23,724 nucleotides of DNA from Octopus sinensis (taxonomy: Eukaryota): NCBI RefSeq assembly GCF_006345805.1, contig NW_021836763.1:1-23724 (forward strand), read 5' to 3'. Both the position numbers and the translations under genes were made by a program. Below are positions 1 through 10,978 of the stretch, piece after piece. The notes under the pieces are model-generated. The model was given only the letters and a program-made list of their open reading frames with translations. It had not been told where the DNA came from and did not search any database. Each line of letters begins with the position of its first letter. The stretch's first letter is position 1.

Positions 1-265
1 GACTTAACTACCTCTGTCAGTATCATGGGAAAACCGTTGCAAACGTGCTGATTTTCAAAACGGTAAAAGTGTAAACAACATATTAAATGGGTGGCTTATT
101 AGAAATTTGAACCTAAAGACAAATTCAATACAGGGCGCAAAAGTCACAGGAGGTTGACCAGCATCAGCTATTGCGAGAAACAAGAGTTAAAACAACTCAA
201 AAACCATAAAAGCAGTCATAATGACTGACAAAAGGGAGGTCAGGCCTAGCGTATATAGACGGAGC

Positions 266-309
266 GACAGATTTCAGGTTTTGAAGTAGACCCTCTTAAT
301 CCTCGTCAG
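266..309 (-). ncRNA. Degenerate hammerhead ribozyme motif (Penelope-type), in a probable PLE terminal repeat
   Basis: Minus strand reads CTGACGA-GGATT...AAAACCT-GAAA-TCT-GTC: intact CUGANGA and GAAA boxes and a GUC triplet. Stem II is imperfect and no stem I complement is visible. Confidence 0.45.
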
Positions 310-433
310 GGAATCTTAGCGCCTAGGAATAAATTTAAACCCTAGGCATTACGTTTTATCCCTAGCATATATACCCGCATATAACGTATAATCTATAAAT
401 ATGAATATTATACGCTCACATATGCGCGTATAC

Positions 434-548
434 ATGTATGTATGTTTTTTATGTATGTATGTATGTATGTATTTATGTATGTATGTATGTATGCATTATG
501 TATGTATATATGCATGTATGTATGTATGTATATATGCATGTATGTGTG

Positions 549-582
<34 letters not shown>

Positions 583-698
583 TGTATGTATGAATGTATG
601 TATGTATGTATGTATGTCTGTATGTATGAATGTATGTATGCATCTATGTATGTATGAATGTATGTATGCATCTATGTATGTATGAATGTAAGTATGTA
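434..698. repeat. (TATG)n microsatellite
   Basis: Direct tandem TATG with occasional TAAATG/CATC-type interruptions; explains the MYVC/HTYI ORFs. Confidence 0.95.
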
Positions 699-899
699 TA
701 CATCGCTTATGTCTGCCTGTCCCTTACGCTCTGTCGTGCTATACCTCTGCCCATACCATCTCGGATGTAACACTAAATGTGCGTTAATCTTGTTTCATTC
801 AAAGACATTTTAAAGAGATTTTTAAATAACATCTCTTAAAACAGCATCAAAATTAAATGTAGTCAAAACCACTTAGAAATCATCCCATATACACTAATA

Positions 900-937
900 T
901 ATGTATTTATTTTGTATATACATACATATATATATAA

Positions 938-986
<49 letters not shown>

Positions 987-1216
987 ATATTATATAATAT
1001 ATTGTATATATATATATATATTATATATATATATATATATATAATATATATATATATATTACATATATATATAAACATATACATATATATAATGTATATA
1101 AGGATATAGTGATTGAGAGAAAGAATTAGATATAGCATACATATGCAAACATTTTCTGTCTGTTGTATCCTCCTCCTCCTCCTCCCCTCATCATCATCAT
1201 CATCATTGTTATTATT

Positions 1217-1247
<31 letters not shown>

Positions 1248-1299
1248 TATTATCATTATTATTATTATTATCATATTATTATTATCATTATTATTATTA

Positions 1300-1339
<40 letters not shown>

Positions 1340-1487
1340 CATTATTATTATCATATTATTATTATTATTATCATTATTATTATTATTATTATTATTATAT
1401 TATTATTATCATTATTATTATCATTATTATTATTATTATCATTATTATTATTATCATTATTATTATTATCATTTTATTATATTATTA

Positions 1488-1522
<35 letters not shown>

Positions 1523-1655
1523 TTTTTTATATTATTATTATTTGTCTATACGTATCTAAATGTGATTTTTTTTTCACAGATTGATTCTAGGCAATCGATT
1601 TCGTACACCAACAGCTTGATTTTATATATATATATATATATATATTAACTATAAT

Positions 1656-1688
<33 letters not shown>

Positions 1689-1694
1689 TATACA

Positions 1695-1730
<36 letters not shown>
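900..1730. repeat. Compound microsatellite block: (TA)n, (CCT)n, (CAT/TAT)n, (TACA)n
   Basis: Read directly; the poly-I/Y/L ORFs are repeat read-through. Confidence 0.95.
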
Positions 1731-1929
1731 GATACTTCCTGCGTATGTTTTCTCTTTATTTTTTTATTGTTATTATTATTATTTCTCTCGTTGAAAAAAG
1801 AATTTCCAAAGTACTAATTGCAAATTTTCAGAATTTTGAGGGAAAAAAACCCACAAAAAATAAGACAAAATAAAATATCACTCTGCTTTGAATAGAAGTT
1901 TTGTTTACATGGTTTAGACTTTCGCGCAA

Positions 1930-1945
1930 ACACACACACATACAA

Positions 1946-1984
<39 letters not shown>

Positions 1985-2003
1985 ACACATATATATTATA
2001 TAT

Positions 2004-2036
<33 letters not shown>

Positions 2037-2431
2037 TTTATATATATATATGTATATATATATGTGTGTGTGCGTGTGTGTGTATTTATATATATATGTA
2101 TGTATATATATATGCGTGTGTGTGTGTGTATATATGTACATATATGTATATATGTATTTAATTATGCACGTAAGCACGCACACACATGCACAGGTATATA
2201 TACTTATGTGTATACATGCATGTATGTATGTATGTATGTAGGAATGTATGGTAGTGCTATTATTTTGTAAGTAGTTGCTCTTTTTAGTACTAGTAAATGC
2301 TTGTATAAATGATTGGTAGCTAATAAGAAGTACTCATTAGTACTAAATAATTATATCTATCTATCTATCTATCTATCCATCTATCTATCTATCTATCTAT
2401 CTATATCTATCTATCTATCTAAATGACTGTA

Positions 2432-2464
<33 letters not shown>

Positions 2465-2486
2465 GTCTCTCCCTCTCTTCTCTCTC

Positions 2487-2531
<45 letters not shown>

Positions 2532-2669
2532 CTTATCTATCTATCTATCTTCCTATCATTCTACCTATTTATCTATTTATCTATCTATCCATATCTATCT
2601 GTATGTATATATCTATCTATCTATATATGCATATATGTGTGTGTGTATGTATTTATATGTGAGTGTGTT

Positions 2670-2718
<49 letters not shown>

Positions 2719-2745
2719 TTGTGTGTATGTGTGTGTGTGTGTGTA
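1930..2745. repeat. Compound microsatellites (CA)n, (TA)n, (TG)n, (CTAT)n, (CTGT)n, (CT)n
   Basis: Read directly. Confidence 0.95.
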
Positions 2746-3485
2746 CGTAGCCACATTACTTTATAAATTAGATATAAAATTATGGAGATCGCAACGATCG
2801 ATGAATTTTCAAAAAAAAAATCAATAAATAATTTCATATAATGGTATTAAATAGAAATAAGCATGGAGAGCAACACCAAGAACACCACCACCACCAACAC
2901 AACAACAACAGCAACACCACCAACACCATCCCCTTCAATAACAACAAGCACACCAGCAATTTCAACGATAATTTTTACATTTAGTTCACCATGTCTATTC
3001 GCCGAAACTTAAGTGCGGACTTTCACTATAGTAATGGTCCATAAACATAAATATTATGTAGAAATAGTTCAGAGGTGAGAATAATGTTGGTTGCTTTGTT
3101 TGTGTTCGTATTTGAGACGATGATGTAATTTTGCTATCTCCATATTCGCCTAAATAGATGATAATTTAACATTACCTAAAGATGATATACAAAGATGATA
3201 ATTTAAAGATGATAATTTAACATTACCTAAAGATGATACACAATTTGTGTTGACTTCTTACTTATCTATATTATTAGTTCGTATTATTTTAGGGCTTCTT
3301 TTGTTTTCCTTTTTCATTTTCTAATAACCTTAATGGCGTGATTATTTCATCTTTGAATTCTTTCTTTAAAAAACGGGTTTGCAATTTGTCGGCGATTGCC
3401 TTGTGGGGTTTCGTTATAGCTGAATCTCATTTATTATTTTGATGGGTTCCTTATGGCCAGATTGAATTGAGAACAGTCACCAATA

Positions 3486-3635
3486 TAGGCGCAGGAGTGG
3501 CTGTGTGGTAAGTAGCTTGCTTACCAACGACATGGTTCCGGGTTCAGACCCACCGCATGGCATCTTGGGCAAGTGTCTTCTGCTATAGCCACACGGCGGA
3601 CCAAAGCGTTGTGAATGGGTTTGTTCAAATACTGA
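3486..3635 (+). mobile_element. tRNA-derived SINE (family beginning TAGGCGCAGGAGTGGCTGTGTGGTAAG), 3'-truncated
   Basis: A-box-like TGGCTGTGTGG, B-box-like GGTTCAGACCC, then a CORE-like TTGGGCAAGTGTCTT segment. Homologous copies occur at 6312-6489, 11464-11585 and 17121-17241 on the minus strand. Confidence 0.85.
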
Positions 3636-3676
3636 ATCGATAGATTTTGCCCTTAAAACCTCTGGACTATTGTTAT

Positions 3677-4007
3677 GCAATGTAGTTTACATAAATGACT
3701 AGCTTTATATTTCACTGTTTATCAGGTAGAACCTGGAAATTTTTGAGAAGCTACCTCGTGTTATGACGGTAGTTAGATTATATCTCGGATCTCCTGTTCA
3801 GAGATGTTAGTGTTGCCTGATTCATCATCTGAAGCTATTCAGCAAGGTAGTTTACATAAATGACTAACTTTCTCTTTCACTGTTTATCAGGGAGATCCTG
3901 GAAATATTTGAGAAGCCACCTCGTGCTATAGCGGCAGTTAGATTATATCTCGGACCTCCTGTTCAGAGATGTTAGTGTCGCCTGATTCATCATCTGAAGC
4001 TATTCAG
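3677..4007. repeat. Tandem duplication, 2 x 165 bp, about 91% identical
   Basis: Units 3677-3841 and 3842-4006; about 14 substitutions counted by eye. Confidence 0.95.
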
Positions 4008-4630
4008 TCTCGCGTTGTTTCGTGATACGAAAAATGTATTACGTATCAATATCAAAATAACTCAACAGTTTGGAGGGCGATCAGGTCATCAGTTGCTTCT
4101 TGACCTAAAATATTGAACGTGGGGATAAAACTGACACCTGAATGAGTTGGCAATGAATTTTATGTCATTCCCTTCAGTGCTGTCTAGGATCCTCGGTACA
4201 CAATACTTTTGGAAATACAAGATACGCTGAAGGAAGGAATTACAACCGCGTTTCGTGGTCTGCTACCACAACAGCTCCTTTATAGGATCTAGTTAGCTCA
4301 GTCCACCATCAGGAGGAACCACGTCCAGTTTCGGCCCCTACTCCCCTACCGTTCTGGTGTTGGGTGGCATGTCTTCTTTCTTCTTCTTTCTTCTGTTCCC
4401 TAGCCTCTTCGATGTAGCGTCAACGAGTGTCAGCTGGCGACTGACTGACTTATCAAATTTTTTCCCTTTACATACCTGCCTCTATGCTCCAGCCGGCAGC
4501 CCCAGCAAGTTGTCACGTGACACTGTCTCAACTTTAACTGACCAATGAAGGCGCATTGTCTTAGCCCATGCATTCTCTAAACGATACCGTCATCTGTCAG
4601 TCAGCGAAGCTAATTCAGTGTCAGCTTGTC

Positions 4631-4933
4631 TCACCTAGTGATGTTATTTTCCGCCGGCATGTTATGACTTTCAAGCCATTTTTGGTCTTCTCGCTTCAGC
4701 CATATATAGAAGCTGGCTTTTTCGACCTCCTCCTGTATTTTCCTTATTAGTTTTCGCAGCTCGGAGCTAGAAAAAACAGATCTTCTTTAGAATAGCGTTA
4801 TCATTTTCCTTTCAATGAAGCCTCTAGCCCCCACTGCCTGGTGGTAATACTCGACATTCCATCCCTGTTCTCTGCACTCTTCGATTAGTTTTTCGTACCT
4901 CTTCTCCTTCAAGTAGATGTGATTCCACAGAAT
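4631..4933 (-). mobile_element. HERO/NeSL-group non-LTR retrotransposon, C-terminal restriction-like endonuclease remnant (5'-truncated, one internal stop)
   Basis: Manual translation ILWNHIYLKEKRYEKLIEECREQGWNVEYYHQAVGARGFIERKMITLF*RRSVFSSSELRKLIRKIQEEVEKASFYIWLKREDQKW matches the recalled K..KY..L..EC...GW......VG.RGF ... E.AS..IW.KR...W signature of HERO-type RLE elements. Stop at 4787-4789. A probable 3' UTR extends toward ~4200. Confidence 0.8.
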
Positions 4934-5736
4934 TTACTCTGTTAATTACAGGAAACTTGGAAGAGCTATCTTCAGTTTAAGAGTTGCTGGATATATAAAA
5001 TACATTTGTGTATCTTTAATGAACAGATAAATAACGAAGCTTTCCACCGCTTCACTTTAAATTCATACGTTGAGCGAATGTAGATAAACGCAACTCTATT
5101 TATGATGTGACTCACTTCACTTCATTATTTTATGAATATTGGAGGAACGGGTTCTGGCAGGAAGCTTCATTTCAGAAAAAGATAAATAATTTGAAAGAGA
5201 GCTTTATGACTGGAAGAAAAGCAACAGCAGGTACATTGTGTTTACCTTTATAATTAGCTATTTGCAAAAGCTCGAAGTGTGCACGTGTGTTAAGCGTAAA
5301 TGACTGAACTCCCATTTTGATGAAGAATAAGCTAAACTGAATTTAATAAAGCAGAAATATGATATCTTGTAAATTTGTTGTGCCATTATCAAGTTATTTT
5401 GTGTGGAGAACATAGCAACATCATTGATAAAATAACACGTGAAGTGGCCAATAATCACCACCATATGCAGTCACTTGGCTTGCTCGAAATAGCAGTTACA
5501 TCTCCGAATCTTAAGCCATATTCGAAAATGAAATGAAGCAGTCAGTCATACATTCGTATATAAGATATGTCTTACTTTTTTAAAAAAAAAAAGCTTGACC
5601 GACTCATTTTGAACAACACTTAATTGTATGTCTAACTCGCTTATCACTCATCAGGTGTGAGATTAAAAACAGCAAAATTATATTGATGAGAGGGAAGAAG
5701 ACTGTGTGCTCTTTCTTGATTTAAACCACAACCACA

Positions 5737-5820
5737 GGCATATGGCGTAGTGGTTAAGAGCGCGGACTACTAAGCACATTACGAGTTCGATTCCAGGCAG
5801 TGACTTGAATAATAATAATA

Positions 5821-5865
<45 letters not shown>

Positions 5866-5918
5866 TAATAATAATAATAGTAATAATAATAATAATAACA
5901 ATAATAATAATAATAATA

Positions 5919-5951
<33 letters not shown>

Positions 5952-6170
5952 CTAATAATAATAATAATAATACAATAATAATAATGATAATAACAACATC
6001 GAAAAATACCTTAGGAATGAGAACCCAGGTTCGAAATTTCCGCAAGACACCTGATGAATGCTGGAGGGTACATCGGTCGAAACGTTGTGTTAACAACAAA
6101 CAAGATGAGGACAAATATCCGTCAAATGTAAATGATGTAAATAATTCCTCATCTGTTAAATATAGAACTA
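5737..6170 (+). mobile_element. Composite SINE-like element: tRNA-derived head + (AAT)n + hammerhead-bearing tail
   Basis: A-box TGGCGTAGTGG at 5743-5753, B-box GTTCGATTCC at 5785-5794, (AAT)n at ~5808-5995, hammerhead motif at 6046-6091. The 3' boundary is approximate. Confidence 0.7.
6046..6091 (+). ncRNA. Minimal type I hammerhead ribozyme motif
   Basis: GACAC(stem I)-CTGATGA-A-TGCTG(stem II)-GAGGGTACAT-CGGTC-GAAA-CGTT(palindromic AACGTT stem III)-GTGTT(stem I'). All core boxes are intact; stem II is weakened (T6059/C6078 mismatch, two G.U pairs). Confidence 0.7.
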
Positions 6171-6311
6171 CATCAATAATTATTGGTGAACATGAATATG
6201 CGAGTAAATACCCAAGTGACATTTAAGAAAAGCTAGGGTTTCAAGAAAATCAAACCAATTAGCTAATTAGCTAATTACTTCAAGTGCGGTCTGTATATAT
6301 ATACATATATA

Positions 6312-6489
6312 CGTGAGAGGTTTCTATACAGTTTCTGTCTACCAAATCTATTGACAACCATTGGTCGAACTCGCCCAACAATAAAAAAAAACACTTGCCC
6401 AGTATCATTTGATACCTTGCAGTCGGACTGAACTCGAAGCCTCGTGCTTGCAAAAGCGAACATCTTCGCCATGCAGCCATGCCAGTGCG
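6312..6489 (-). mobile_element. tRNA-derived SINE, diverged copy of the 3486 family
   Basis: Reverse complement shows the head (GGCATGGCTGCATGGCGAAGATG...GAGTTCAGTCC), TGGGCAAGTGT and GATTTGGTAGACAGAAACTG segments. Confidence 0.75.
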
Positions 6490-7263
6490 TTGAAATAAAA
6501 CGAACGGAGAGAAATTTTCAAGAATATGACTTGAACAATTGTCAGTTTTTAATACCGAAACAAGACAATGGGAGACAAGATAAGACCAGACAGGGGGCAT
6601 TTAGCCTCCTCCAAATAGAATACTTCAAGAAATCTCTAATAGAGCGTAAGATTCCTTCTCCAAATGTTTACCAAACTTTCTAATATCAACTTTCAAAATC
6701 TAAAACCCATTCACATTATCTTAACTTAACGCTGGTTTATTCAATATTTTCCAGTTTTTATTATTTGAGATAAACATCTACGTTTAGAAGTGGGAAATTC
6801 AGGAAAAAGAAGGAAATGCGTTGTAACCATGGAAACTATTCAGCAATAACCTTTGACCTAATTATTGTCAAAGTGAATTCTATTAGCTTTTCAATCCATA
6901 TATTATATACACACTTATGTCTTTTGTTCATAGATTCAGCTACTTTTGCTAGGGTGATGTGTTACGCTAATAATATTCGCTGTCTTCTGGCTTTAAACAA
7001 ACAGAAAAATCGCACACATGCGTATATACACTCATATGTGGACGTGTCTATGTACTGTCGTACACCTAGGCACATATAAACAAGCTCCATCTTCTCTGTT
7101 TATACATACATACGCACATAAATAAGTGCGTATATATGTACGTATCTATCTCTATCTTGTTTATATACACATATATGCTTATATATATATGACTAACTTT
7201 CTCTTTATAAATGTCCTAAAAATTTCACAGAACCTTGGCCTTGTTGTATTATTTTATTTAACT

Positions 7264-7388
<125 letters not shown>

Positions 7389-7399
7389 CAGTAAAACAC

Positions 7400-7860
7400 A
7401 TGGTCTACTGGAAAAGACTTAGAGAACTGGGACCTACTCCCTGGAGAGGAGACGTGAGAGATATACAGTGCTATACGTGTGGATAATAATAGAGGGTCCG
7501 GCTCCAAATTTCGGAATTGAAATCTACGACAATCCTCGAACTGGACGGCACTGCACAGTACCACTGGCTCCATCTTCTCTACCGAGGATACGAAACCAGT
7601 ATTGTAATAGCTTCGGATTCAAGATACCACAACTTTTTAATGACCTACCACAGAACACCATGTATCTGCAAGGTGTAGACATTGAAGTCTTCAAAAAGCG
7701 TCTAGACAGATTTTTATCTGCAATTCCGGATGAACCTATATCTCGGCAGGTGGTGATGTCGAACTCGGTACTTCACCAGAAGCAATACTGGTGAAATCTC
7801 CGGATGCAGTAAAAGCGGTGCAACAGTATGGCTTCAGACTTTGGCTAAAACCCATAAAAA
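7400..7860 (+). mobile_element. CR1-group LINE 3' end (ORF2 C-terminus + 3' UTR), 5'-truncated, frameshifted
   Basis: VYWKRLRELG/LYSLERRRERYTVLYVWIIIEG...IPQLFNDLP...VFKKRLDRFLSAIPDEP matches the CR1-type Y.ERL.EL.L.SLE.RR.R and F..LP...FK..LD.FL motifs. Stop at 7792-7794, A-rich end near 7856-7862. Confidence 0.88.
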
Positions 7861-7940
7861 AGAGATTATAAATATATATATATATATATATATGAATAAA
7901 AAAATGGATTATAAATATTTATATATATATATATATATAT

Positions 7941-8125
7941 GAATAAAAAAATGGAGTTATTCAACGTAAACACGAAGTTTCTACCTTTATAAACAAGGAG
8001 TTACAACACCTTTACTTGTGAGATTTTTGCTGCCCTGGTAACTATTTATTTATTTTGTCCGTGTTAATTGTTAACAAGGTGAAAATACACTCATCTATTT
8101 ATATATATATCTATATATATATATC
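7941..8125. mobile_element. TA-embedded dispersed repeat sharing both ends with 16723-16888 (possible PLE terminal repeat)
   Basis: Both copies start GAATAAAAAA(A)TGGAGT and end CAAGGT(G/A)AAATACACTCATCTATTTATATATA; the interiors are diverged. Confidence 0.6.
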
Positions 8126-9217
8126 GAAAGTGTTTAACTCTCTATAAATACCAGAGTCCTGTCAATGAGGATCTTAGTCCACACAGTATCAAGATATGAT
8201 ATAATTAATATGTAACATATTGTATAATTATAAACAGGACAAATTCTAGCCACTTCTCCGCAGTCAACTGAAAAAAAAATTATGAACAACCTTAATCAAT
8301 TTTTGAACCTTATTGGGGTCTCATCAGTGGCGTCCGCATCAGATTTATTATAATAAAGGATATCTAAGCCAGACGCGCCCCTATTTCTGCTTTCCAACTG
8401 ATTTGACCAGCTGTTTTGTCCAACATGAAATTATTTAAAAGGAGATCAATGTAGATTGAAGGATATTTTGTGCGCTCTCTGGAAGCTCGACTTAAATATT
8501 AAGGCTCCGTCGCGCACTTCTTTACAGATGCTTGTGACAACGCGTCCATAGAATATTTGTACATATTTATTCTAATATATCGAGACTTCGTTTTCTGTCT
8601 ACCATATTGTTAAGGAACTTTCATGCCATTCTTTCTTTCTTTTCATCCTTTTTATTTTTCGTTTCGTTTTTGGCCCACAATTCTCTCGTATACACATCTT
8701 GTTTTGTCTCCAAACATAAAAACGCATTTTATTGATAGCAATTCTTTTTTTCTCCACGTATTCATATTTTTAATAATTTCATAGCATTTCATTTTAGTTT
8801 TTGCATAAATTTCGCTTGCAGATATTCATAACATTTCTATAAAGAATTTTTTTTCAGCAAATGTTTTAGCAGAAAACAAAACGATGAAGACGAGAATAAC
8901 AGAATAGACCAATAAATATGTCTATATGAGGAATAATAGACAGGAGAATCGACACCAACAAAAAAACAAAATGGTAGACAAATGTATCTCATAGTGTCGC
9001 GATGTTGCATTGTAATAGCAATAAACACGGTACTATACGATATTTTTACAAACAAAAAAAAAACAGAAAAGGGAAGAAAGAATATGAATTGGAATCTATA
9101 CATTTGCATAAGGTATACACAACCATATTTACATATATGTAAATGGATAGAGAGCAACAGAGTTACATACGCATACGTAAATAACTGGATATATAAACAT
9201 ACACGTATGTATATATA

Positions 9218-9257
<40 letters not shown>

Positions 9258-9418
9258 CGTTGTTTCATGTGATTTCGAAACACAATTTTTAACATTATTC
9301 ATATACACATACAAAGACCCAGACACACACATTTATATAGACACACACAAACATACACACGCATACGCGCGCATGCACACACACAAACAAACAGCTCCAC
9401 CACCACCACCACCACATT

Positions 9419-9680
9419 GGGAGGCAAGTGGCTAAGTTGATAGTGTGTTGCCTTCACGATCTCAGAGGTTGTAGGTTCGATTCCCAGACCGCCTGTGAGT
9501 TGTCTTTTGAAGCAAAACATAGCATTTCTTGTCGCTCCAGTCCACTACCTGAAAATTGGTAATCCTACAAGAGACTGGCGTTCCACTGAGGGACAATTTT
9601 CACCGCCCCTCCTAGCTAATGGGTGGAACCATTCCGATTTGGTCACAACGGTGAATTTTGGACGACCTGCGAGATTATAA
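9419..9680 (+). mobile_element. Old tRNA-derived SINE with CORE-like segment
   Basis: Head GGAGGCAAGTGGCTAAGTTG...GGTTCGATTCCC, then GCTCCAGTCCACT shared with the SINE at 14811. Confidence 0.7.
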
Positions 9681-9773
9681 ATTAATTAACTAATTAGTTG
9701 TAATCCAGCAAAATAAAGTGTGTGTATGTGTGTGTATCTATCTATCTATCTATATATATCTATCTATCTACCG

Positions 9774-9815
<42 letters not shown>

Positions 9816-9967
9816 ACACACATATCTATATATATGCATGTATGTATGTGCACATTTTTTAAAACTGTTGGATAATTCCGCACTAATTTTGTATATAATA
9901 TATATGTATATATATCATATATCATATATATTAATGTATATAATATATATGTATATATATCTGCCAA

Positions 9968-10270
9968 CCAAGTGTGGCGTCCTATACGGGAGTGTGCTAC
10001 TGAAATTTATAGCCTCAGGAAGATATCTCTTCCAACTGGCTAATGACACATATTCTGTGTCCGATTAGTATTTGCGAGGAGAGGTCATCCCTCCCATCCC
10101 TAGCCTTACGTGATACACATGGACGCGAGTTTCTGGGTGGTTACCCGTCCTCAGCGTGTGTTAATCACCAGCTTTTCTCTTTATTATGGGCACAAGGCCT
10201 GAATACAGAGGGGACATACATAAACATGCAGGAGCAAAAAGCAAGAAGAATGGATTACAATAAATTAAAT
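9968..10270 (+). mobile_element. Unclassified repeat, copy A (inverted homolog of 10497-10961)
   Basis: 9968-10041 matches the reverse complement of 10824-10897 at 64/74 nt, with patchy similarity further in. The right boundary is approximate. Confidence 0.6.
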
Positions 10271-10496
10271 TATAATGAATATGAGACGGTTTTCTCGGTC
10301 CCGCTCCGAGACGAAACCGCGATTACTTTTTTACAATTAAACGTTCTTAGTCATTTTTCTACTTTTTCCTTTTTTAGCTTCTGCTTTTTCTTCGTCTTTT
10401 GTTGATTTTTCTATCGTTTTTTTCTTTTTTCATTATACATTTTAACAGTCTATTTTCCTCTTTTTTTTATGAAGTACAAATTTTGCTTACTTATTT

Positions 10497-10961
10497 TTAA
10501 ATGTTCATAAAGGGTTTCAAATCTTCTAATTCCACGACCAGTGGGAGCTCGTCAAACTCCACTTCAACATCCAGCAGGTCTATGAAAAGTTCTCTCTTAA
10601 TTTCAAAAATCTCTCTTTATCTACGACCATTCCTCTTGTGTATTCCGGGCACCTTCATGGCAGCAGCCCTACTCCCATTACCAATTTGTATTTCACATCG
10701 AAGAAATCACAACCAACACCCAGTGGGAATCACAGAGCCAATGGTGAAAATTCACTCCACTCGCAAAATACTATATGCTTTCTCCAGCGACAAACCTTCG
10801 CCGATCTCGAAAGAATAGAAATAAGACAGGTGGAACAGAAGTCTTCTTGCGGCTATAAATGTCAGTAGCACTGTCCCGTATAGGACGCCACACTTGGTGT
10901 ATAAGCAAGACATCATAAAGGAGAATGGAGAAGAACGCATCTTCAAAATTTCGTTTATCAC
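10497..10961 (-). pseudogene. Unclassified decayed ORF-like segment, copy B
   Basis: One frame spans 155 codons with 3 internal stops and ends REIFEIKRELFIDLLDVEVEFDELPLVVELEDLKPFMNI*. The family is not recognised and the true frame is uncertain. Confidence 0.35.
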
Positions 10962-10978
10962 AGTATCATACTCATTAA

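Noticed and set aside
4306-4338. GAAAC...CTGATGG on the minus strand as a permuted hammerhead
   Set aside because: The core ends in G rather than A, and there is no room for stem I between the boxes.
5737-5806. tRNA gene (also at other A/B-box-containing heads)
   Set aside because: No complete cloverleaf or acceptor stem is present, and each head runs into repeat body sequence, so these are SINE heads.
8161-8190. CAATGA-GGA-TCTTAG-TCC-ACAC as a hammerhead relic
   Set aside because: Both conserved boxes are broken, so it is indistinguishable from chance.
10285-10320. CTCGG/CCGAG hairpin followed by GAAAC
   Set aside because: There is no CTGANGA upstream; it is a simple hairpin with no assignable function.
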